Assembly (NCBI GenBank): GCA_951406725.2
Contig: OX597832.1
Coordinates: 6,944,001 to 7,008,000, forward strand
DNA from: Octopus vulgaris
Lineage: Eukaryota
DNA: 64,000 nt
Direction of reading: 5' to 3'
Shown: one piece after another, positions 1 to 9,909 of the stretch
Layout: every line of letters starts with the position of its first letter
How positions within the stretch are numbered: position 1 is the first letter of the stretch
The notes under the pieces: model-generated
Told to the model about the DNA's origin: nothing
The model's database searches: none
Seen by the model: only the letters and a program-made list of their open reading frames with translations
Made by a program: the position numbers and the translations under genes

Positions 1-576
1 TAATCATATTTCTATATCTTTTGCTTGCTTAATAACAGTATATGTGGATAAATTGAAATCCTAAATAACCTAAAGTAATTTTCCAGAGTAACTAAATTAC
101 AGTTAGACAAGTCAAAAGCTTTCATGTGTTGATTCAGTTTGTTAGAAAGAGAAGCCAAATCACCTTCAAGTCACACTGTACCACCTTAAAAAAGAAAGAA
201 CACATTGAATATGGACTTGAAAAAGTGAAGTAGTCATTACTGGAATCCTTTTGATTGAAGGTCTGCTCAATCAAGGCTCATCTTTTGCTTTCTCAGCTTC
301 TAAAATGTTGGACATTTTCATCGTTCATCAATGCATTTAACCCTTTCTTAGAACGCAGTGATATATAAAAGTTGTTTATATAAAATATTTCGTTCATGTA
401 AAAATAATTATCAAATCTCTCACTAACCTTCAAGTACTTTCTTAATTAACTGGTACCTATTTTCAGATGGGTTTAATTATGCCCAGTATCTTCCTCAAGG
501 AAGCACATACCTAGTAATGAACCTTTAACTCCTTATCCTATGCATTTTTGTTATCAGCTTAATTATCAACAGGAAG

Positions 577-1113
577 GCATGTAGCTTAGCGGTTAGAGTA
601 TTCAGCTCACAACCGTAAATAGTGAGCTTGATTCCTGGCAGCATACTGTGTCCTTGAACAAGACACTCCATTTCACATTGCTCCAGTCCACTCAGCTGTC
701 AAAAGTGAGTTGTACCTGTATTTGAAAGGGCCAGCTTTGTCACATTCTGTGTTATGCTGAATCTCCCTGAGAACTACATTAAACCTTTAGCATTCAGATT
801 ATTCTGTCAAATGTAACACTTTTTCATTCAAATTGTTTTTAATTAATCCTGCATTATTTTGCAGCTTTGAAATTTTGATGATGTGACTGTACATTTTATA
901 ATGGCATTGAAGGGTAGGTATGATAGGCTTGATCCTGGATGGTTAGAACATAAAACAGGAAGTATATTTGGGCCGGATATGGCCGGTTTAAATGCTAAAG
1001 GGTTAAGGGTACATGTGTCTGTCAAATGCTCGGCCACTTGCACATTAATTTCACTAGTAGGCTGTTCTGTTGATTGGATCAATTGGAACCTATGTCACCA
1101 TAACTGATGGAGT
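577..1113 (+). mobile_element. tRNA-derived SINE interrupted by a TTAA MITE
   Basis: tRNA-like head (gtagcttagcggttaga...ttgattcc); 3' part matches the intact copy at 21970-22356; sequence rejoins across 783-1002. Confidence 0.7.
783..1002. mobile_element. piggyBac-type MITE family A (TIR ccctttagcatt, TTAA TSD); other copies 5227-5457, 45537-45756, 49355-49564
   Basis: TTAA flanks (779-782, 1003-1006), terminal inverted repeats, four homologous ~220-bp copies. Confidence 0.85.
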
Positions 1114-1114
1114 G

Positions 1115-2723
1115 CTATTTTTTTCTTTTATACATCAACAACTATATGGTTTGGCCATATGAACTCTGTTAATATACACGATTGTTATATTCCTTAAAAC
1201 TGAAAGGCACACAGAAAATATCAATTAACTTTTGCTAGAAAAAAAAACTGAAAAATAAAAACAAAACCAAAGAGCTGACAGTTACTGCCTAACATTTAAT
1301 ATTTTGTCTGAGATTAGCATCTTTCTTCAATGATTATTAAAATCATTTATGAACTGTCATTAAAAAAATTAATAGATTTTGTTATGCAAAATTTTGTGAA
1401 AATGTCAACTTCTCCATGAGAAAATTTGATATTTCTAAACCTTTTCATTAGAGATAAATAAACAGTCAGCATTAAAATATACTCTTTTTCTATAACCATT
1501 GTTAAATAAACATGTACAGAACATAGGTTCAGAATTTGAAAAATAATAATAAATTTGAACAGTAATGATGAAGTCAATAGTGATTAATTAAAACATTTAT
1601 TTTGAGTATGATCATGAAAAATAAATGTATGCTTAGTTCTGTGAAGCATATGTTTATAAAACACTAGTTTCTATTTCAAGTAAATTCACAACAACAGGAC
1701 AGACAAGAAACAAAGCAGGCTTATGATTTTTGCAGAGTCCAGTAACATTTTATATGATTTTCATTTAGAATCCAACTACAATACCATTCAATTAGAAAAC
1801 AAAACTGTAAAAATTACAATCAGTTGTGCTACACTGAACAAACTTTTTAGTTTTTGGTGTTTGTATTGATTTCAAAGAGTAATTATTGATCGTGAAATAT
1901 CTTCTAAGAAATCAAAAAGCTGAAAAGTGTGTGTTGGGGGAGAAATGTCTTTTTCCTTTTTAACCTCTAATTTTATATGCAATATTATTTCACATATAGT
2001 GTCAAAAATAACCAATTTCAGATATGGACAATATGTATTATTGTCAACCTTCTTAGGTGTATTTACAAAGGAATAACTCTCAAGATGACTATTATTAACA
2101 GGTGTCATCAATAAAAAGACTAGATCAATGACTTACTAGGTAAGTTGTATGTCTTAATTTAGTTAGTTGCTGTTTGGTTATTTATTTATTTATTTAAATT
2201 AGAGACTTAATCATGTAAAACCTTAAATTAATAAATTTATAGACTTCTTAGCATTTCTAATAAGTGTGAAAAAAATATGCTCAAAAGACTTATCAGGGTT
2301 CAAAGTTACATATATAAAAAAATAACTGAAAGAAAGGGAAAATTCAAAGAAAAGTGACATACAATAAATATAGAACAAAAGTATATGAACAAGAACCATT
2401 ATAACTGATGTATGTGTGTGTGTGTGTGTGTGTGTGAGTGTGTTCAAAATGAAGATAGTTGCAATAATCTAAATATTTTCCTAATAGCTGTTATTAGATT
2501 GATCCTTAGGAAGAAATATATTATTTCCATATGGAGAGTCAAGATGTGTATTAAGAATATTGGATGTTTCTCTAACAAATTGTTTCAGGTTACTTCAATT
2601 TTAGCACATACTCTGGATTTTTGGTCCTAGATTACTTTAAAAAAAAATTGAGAAAAGTAAATAAAAGGAAGTCTGGAGTAGTCAATGTTGAAGACAAGTT
2701 GTTAAGAATTACAAGAGCATGGT
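1115..2723 (-). other. Probable UBE3C 3' UTR with candidate AATAAA signals (2181-2186, 1596-1601)
   Basis: Stretch after the stop codon with no recognisable TE; TTTATT on + strand; true end unknown. Confidence 0.4.
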
Positions 2724-2894
2724 TTAACTGAGTTCAAATCCTGTAGCTGATTCAATTGCATATAGTAATTTACTTCTCATTGTCTCTTCATTGTAGAACT
2801 CGGGAAGCTTCAGTAAGTTCATACATGTACTAGCAGTGGGTAGGCGCTCCAATTCAGTACCAGCATTATGGATACAAAAGACTGGATATAAATC
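2724..2894 (-). CDS. UBE3C: UBE3C last coding exon (24 if exon 1 is missing): [56 protein letters not shown]
   Basis: ttctag acceptor; catalytic Cys codon at 2823-2825; stop TAA at 2724-2726. Confidence 0.95.
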   Translation of the reverse strand, partial: DLYPVFCIHNAGTELERLPTASTCMNLLKLPEFYNEETMRSKLLYAIESATGFELS

Positions 2895-5800
2895 CTAGAA
2901 AAAGAAAAATAATGGCACATCTTTATACAAATATCATTATCATCATCATCATCACTACTTTAACATTCTCTTTTCCATGCTTCCATGGGTCAGAAACAGT
3001 ATATTGAGGCAGAATTTCTATGGCTTGATGTCTTTCCTGACACGACCCTCCACCTGTTTCCAAACAGGATATTTCTCCCATGGGTAGGGGTATTTCCATG
3101 GATTACTGAAAATGAATGACACTGCTTGTGTGACAATGACACTCATTGACTACTATCACCTGATGTAAAGACAAGGTGACACAAAAACACACACATATGT
3201 GTGTGTGTATGTATATATATATATACTTTATTTAAAAGCAGCAGAAAATTTAACAAAACCTGTAACTCTGAGTTTCACTTTCCCGTTCGTCGGACAGTTT
3301 TTGCTAAAATAGAACTGATATGCCAATTCTATCAAGACTAGTATAAACGCTAGAATTGGCATATCGGTTCTATTTTAGCAAAAACTGTCCGACGAACGGG
3401 AACGTGAAACTCAGAGTTACAGGTTTTGTTGAATTTTCTGCTGCTTTTAAATAAAGCATATTACTCTACCCCTGGTATTTGAGTACTCTTTCTTCCACCT
3501 TGTTTCACATTTATGTATTTACTCCGGTATATATATAGACAGAGAATGAACATACTACTATTATGTTCTTAAGAATGAAATTAACCTCTCTGTTTATATA
3601 TCTACCCTCTTTTGTTGGCAAATGAAATAGGGATAAGAATGTGCATTGTCCGTTTAATTGGAAAATTCTATATGTGGCTGAAGATTGCTCGACATTTTAA
3701 AACTGATGTAATACTTACAGTGTTTAATAAAATGAAGTAGCATGAAATAATTGTACTACTCTACCTTGGATATCCTTGTTGCTTATTTTAATTATAATAA
3801 CCCCATTTGATTTATATGGATAATACCATACACAATTCTGGTGCCTTTAACTTAAGTACCATATTCATCTGTATCTAAATTTTGCTGAACTTATATATGT
3901 GTGTGTGCGTGCGCACAAACACACACACATACATATATATATATACACACATACAATGTGCTTCTTTTAGTTTCTATCTTCCAAATTCTCTCACAAGGTT
4001 TTTGTCAGTCTGGGGCTATGGTAGAAGACACTGAACCCAGAACCATGTGGTTGGGAAGCAAACTTTGGTGCTACTTTGGAATGTGATCTACAAGGGAGAT
4101 TACTTTAGGTTACCTTTTAGTTTATTTTACAATTTCTAAAAACCCGTAAGTTGTTGGCTAAAGATTTTTACAATGTGATCAGCGATGAGACGAAGGCAGT
4201 TGAATTCTTACAAGAAACTAGAAGACAATTGCATTTTTACAAGAAACCAGCATTAAATTCACATAATTTCTTAAGAAAAAGAAAGGTATTACTTTGATGT
4301 GTGATCTACATGAACAAATTTACTTTGGTGGGTCATCATCATCATCATCATTTAACATCTGTTGTACATGCTGGCATGGATTAGACGGTTTGACCAGGGC
4401 TGGCAAGGTGGTAGGCTGTACCAGACTCCCGTCTGATTTGGCATGGTTTCTACCGCTGGATGCCCTTCCTAGCACCAACCACCCCAAGAGTGTAATGGGT
4501 GTTTTGTATGTGCCACCAGTGCAGGTGCCAGTTATGTGACACCAGCATCAGCCATGAGTATGATTTCACTTGGCTTGACGGGTCTTCTCAAGCACAGCAT
4601 ATCGACAAAGGTCTCGGTCACTAGTCATTGCCTCTATGGAGCCCAAAGTTTGAAGATTATGCTTCACCTCATCCCATGTCTTCCTGGGTCTACCTCTACC
4701 ACAGGTTCCCTCCACAGTTAGAGATCAGCACTTCTTTACATACACAGCTGTCCTTGTCCATATGCATCACATGACCATGCCAGTGCATTCATCTCTCTTG
4801 CACACTACATCTGATGCCTCTTATACCTAAGTTTTCTCTGAAGATGCTTACACTCTGTTGAACATGCACACTGACATTGCACATCCAGCAAAGCATACTG
4901 GCTTCATTTCTTTCAAGCCTAATTATGTCATTGGCTATCACAGGCCATGTTTCATTGCCATGTAGCTTAGCTGTTAACACACAGGCATCATACACTCTGT
5001 CTTTTACCCTGAGGGAGAGGACCTTTGTTGCCAGCAGAGGCAAAGAGCTCTCTGAGCCATCATATTAAGTTCCCAGACAAGATAGCTGCATACCACAGTC
5101 TATTTGGCTAATATGTTTCATACCTACCTCTTAGTTGAGCAAATGAATCCAGTTGCTCCACTAATATATAAATGTCCAATGTTGTTAAATCCATTCAATA
5201 CATGCAGAATTGGATAACTGATTTAATCCATTAGCATTCAGATTACTGTCAAATGTAATTCTGATTTATTCATATTATTTTGATTTAATCATGCATTATC
5301 TCACAGCTTTGAGATGTGAGATAATGCTAGATTGATGTGATTGCTAGATTTTTAGGATGACATTGTAGGATAGGTGTGAGAGGCCAGATCTGGTTCATTT
5401 GAACAGATAGCTGGTTGAATATTTAGGCTGGATATGGCTGGTTTAAATGCTAAAAGGTTAAAAGAGTAAAAGGTGATAACAAAATTATTTTACAAGATTA
5501 ATAATTCAGAATAATACTAACCTTAAAACCCAGCAGAGGTGGCCGAGAACAGCTAGTTACAAATTTTAACAACTGCCTTAGTTGTTGGTCGGTCAATTCA
5601 TAGACAACTTTCCAAAAAATTTCTATCACAGGATGTTCAGCAGTAAAGCCCCCTGCAACAGAAAAATATTATATTAGAATAAACAAAAAATATGTAACAT
5701 AATTGTAAACAATTACTTCAGCAAAATTAGAAAATATCAACAAATAAAACTAATATTTAGAATATCCCACAGAGGTCAACTTAGCTTTTTATCCCTACAG

Positions 5801-8800
5801 GGTCATTAAGATAAAGTACCAGTCAAGTACTGAAGTTGATACAAAACTCCTTCCCTCAAAATAGTTGGCCTTGGGTCGCAAATATAAAATATATGAAAAT
5901 ATTTGGTGAATAGGCATAGGCATAGCTGTGTGATAAGAAGCTTGCTTCCCAACCACATGGTTCCAAGTTCAATCCCACTGCATGGTGCCTTCAAGGGGAT
6001 TTTTACTACAGCCTCAGGCTGACCAAAGCCTTGTGAATGGATTTGGTAGATGGAAACTGAAAGAAACCAATATTTTAAATATATATATACACTTTATTAT
6101 AAAAGCTGCAAAATAGTCACAGAACTGTTACTCCGAGTTTCATGTTCCCGTTTGTTAGACAGTATTCATCACAACTACCTGATGAATGAGAATGTGAAAC
6201 TCCGCGTAACAGTTCTGTGAATTTTTGTGACTTTTATAATAAAATATATTACACTACCTTTGGTATTTGAGTACAATTTTTTCCACATTGTTTGCACTTA
6301 TGTGCCTAACTGTGTGTGTGTGTGTATATATATATACAATAATAATAATAATGAAATTATTGTATACAGTGCTCAGGTGCACCACAACTTGTCAGACAGT
6401 GCGTATAAAGTATATGCAGTAATGTACAAATGTCTGGAAAGCGAATAATGTATGAGTCAGATACATGCTGGTGTGTATATGGAGAGGAGAAAATCAGGTG
6501 TAGTGTTGGCGAATCTCAGAAAGCATGGAAGTTTTGAAGGATGCAGTGCTCCGACAACTAACAACTGATGCCGGCAGTTTGTTCCATGCTTCAGCAACTC
6601 TCAGCGTGAAAAAAATGTTACCTAAAGTCATGGGAGCTGTGCTGTTTTCTGACTTTGTAAATATGTCCACGGGTGTTAGACGGGTGTACACAGGGGTTGG
6701 ACAAAATAATGGAAACACCTAGCATCATAGCTTCATAATTTTGAAATATCTATAAAACCGTCAAAAGCTTGTATACTTTTATGTTGTTTGATTTATTATT
6801 AGTGATGCTTAATATGTTTTGCTAAAATTGCTGTTTCTTTTCTGATATCATAATAAAAAGATAATCAAAATTCATTAAAATGACAGATCTATTGGACTTT
6901 CAAAGAGGTCAAATTGTTGGTGCTTGTATGGCAGGCGCTAGCATAATGTAAAAAAGCTGAAATGTTTGGTGTATCAAGAAGTAGTGTCTTGAAAGTAATG
7001 ACAGCCTTTGAGAAAGAGGGAAAAACCTCCTCATTGAAACAAAACTCCAGAAGAAAACCTAAGCTTTCAGATAAGGACTGTCGAACTCTTATGTGAATTG
7101 TAAGGAAGGATCACAAAAGTACAGCTCCCAAAATTACTGCAGAGCTTAATGACCACCTTGAGAACCCAGTTTCCACAAAAAGTTTTTGCCAGGAGCTGTA
7201 CAAAGTCAGATTTCACGGGAAGGCTGCAATCAGAAAACCACTACATTCAAAAACAAACGTTGCAAAGCATTTAGAGTGGAGTAAAAACCAACAGAATTGG
7301 TCCCTAGAGCAGTGGAAGAATGTTATTTTCTTGGACGAGCCATCCTTTACCTTATTTCCAACCACCGGCCAAGTATATGTGTGGAGACGGCTAAAAGTAT
7401 TTGACCCAGACTGCCTTCTTCCAACTGTTAGACATGGAGGAGGAACTGTGATGATCTGAGGGGCTATATCTTGGAAATCTGCTGGCCCAGTGGTTTCCCT
7501 TCATGGCAGAATTAACAGTCAAGACTATTTAAGGATTTTATGTGATCAAATTCATCCTATGGTTGTGGAAGTTCCTACACCTTGATCCTTGGATCTTACC
7601 TTTACACATCAATATATATATATATATATAAAAAAATACAAAATGGGACAAGAACGCAAAACATTCAAATAGACAACACAAAAAAACGGACGGGTCATTC
7701 GAAGCCTCTAATCTTCAGTCAAGAACTGGATCATCCTCGCAATTTCAGCTGATTAATCTTGATATATATATATACATATATAAAATCCTACACTAGACAT
7801 GTGCACTGGGACAATACACTTAATATAGATTTTTTTTAAAGTGGCTAGCTGGCAGAATTGTTAGCATGCCAGGTGAAATGTTTACTGACATTTCGTCTGT
7901 CTTTGTATTTTGTGGTCAAATTCTGCTGAGGCTGACTTTGCCTTTCAACCTTTTGGAGTTGATAAAATAAGTACCAGTTGAGTACTGGGGCGATGTAATT
8001 GACTTATCCTCTCGCACAAAAAACCTGCTGGCCTCGTGCCAAAATTTGAAATCGATGGAGATTCTTCTTATTAACCAAGATAATTCAAGACAGCAGTAGT
8101 TAATGTATGTGCACTTTCAACAATGAAAGCAGTATCAAAGAGTGAAAGAACATAATTAAGAAACTAACCTGAATAATTAGTGTGTTGTTTTAAGTCTTCG
8201 AGATTCACAGGTGTGTTGGCTCCAGATATCAGTTCTTGCAGTTCATGTTCATCAAACATACGCAACCATTCCAGATTGATTACATTAGCAAGACCTAATC
8301 GGAAAGCATGGCAATGAGGTCGAATCTAAAAAAAAAAAAGTTCATGACATTTTGAAATTGAAGTGAAAATTGTTATAGACACAAAAAATTTGAATGAAAT
8401 TGATAATGAAGCAAAATCTACAGACCTGCTTATTTAATTTATAATCTGCCATTAAATGGATATACTCAATCCGATTATAATTAGTTACTTGAATGTCTTT
8501 GCCACCTGGTTTTAGCTCCTCAATCTAAACAAGTATAAAAAAGAGAATCACAAAATATAAAAAACAAAATAAAGAAACCAAAGTCGGCATAAAATTTATA
8601 ATAAATTGATTTTGATTTTAAATTGTAGTTTTTATAAACAGGTAGGATCCTTTTATCTTTTTCTTTTTACCTTTACAGTTGTTTTAATCATTAGACTGCA
8701 GCCATGCTGGGGCAATGCCATGAAGAATTTTAGTTGAACAAATCAACCCTAGTAATTATTTTTTAAAGTACTGTTTTCGTTTCTCATTGTGTTCAACGTT

Positions 8801-9873
8801 TTTTTGATGTCCTGTACCCATATATGCATGTATATATACATATATATGCATGTATATATATATATATATATGTATGTATATATGCATATATTTATATATT
8901 ATTATATGATCGAATGCCACACATCCTTTTCCAAGTAAGTTTTATCTTAATAATTATGATGTGCACTCTTCTTCTTCTTCTTTACTATCTCTTCTTTGTC
9001 TGTCTCTCTCCCTCTCTTGTTCTTCATCCTTTCTGGTTTTCTCTCCCACCCTTCCCTATTCTCCTCCTCTCCCCTTCACCATTCCCTCCCTCACTCCTCC
9101 TCCTCGACTCTCTCGTCACTGACACGTGATGAGAGGGAATCCATCTTTCCAACTACTACCTTCACAAAGACTAAACAGGCATATCCTGTCTCTTCATAAG
9201 CTCATCTCCTTAAACATTCAGAATAATTTTTCCATCGTCTTGGCTTAACAGCCCTCATCTTTTGTTTTTACTGTTTTGTTCTCATTGTTCTGTCTTTTAC
9301 TGTTTTTACTTTTTTTATTGTTTTCACTGTTTTGTTCTCACAGTCCTGTTCTTGTTACCACTTTCCCCCTCTGCAAAAAATGCCAAATTTTATTAAATTT
9401 GCTTTGCGGGAAGGACTGTTTCAATGAAGTCACTTCTTGTCCTTACCTTCGAAATGCAGAGTAGATGAAACAAGGACAACTGAAGAAGGGGAATATTCTT
9501 TTTGTTGTATGTCCCGTTTCTCTGTTTTTTTTGTTGTTTGAAAAAACGTTTGTTTCTGTTTTTTTTAATGTTTTCATTTCTCATTGTGTTCAACGTTTGA
9601 TGTCCTGTACCCATATATGCATGTATATAGGGAGAATTCACGAAAAAAACAAAAAGACGATGACAGATGGTGTAGAAAACAAACAAGTGTATATATGCAT
9701 GTATATATGTAGGTTTGTACATATATGTATATATGTAAATATTTATATATTATTTATGCTATTATATATATATATATATACATTATTTATGCTATTATAT
9801 ATATATATATTATTTATGCTATTATATATATATATATTATTTATGCTATTATATATATATATATTATTTATGC

Positions 9874-9909
<36 letters not shown>

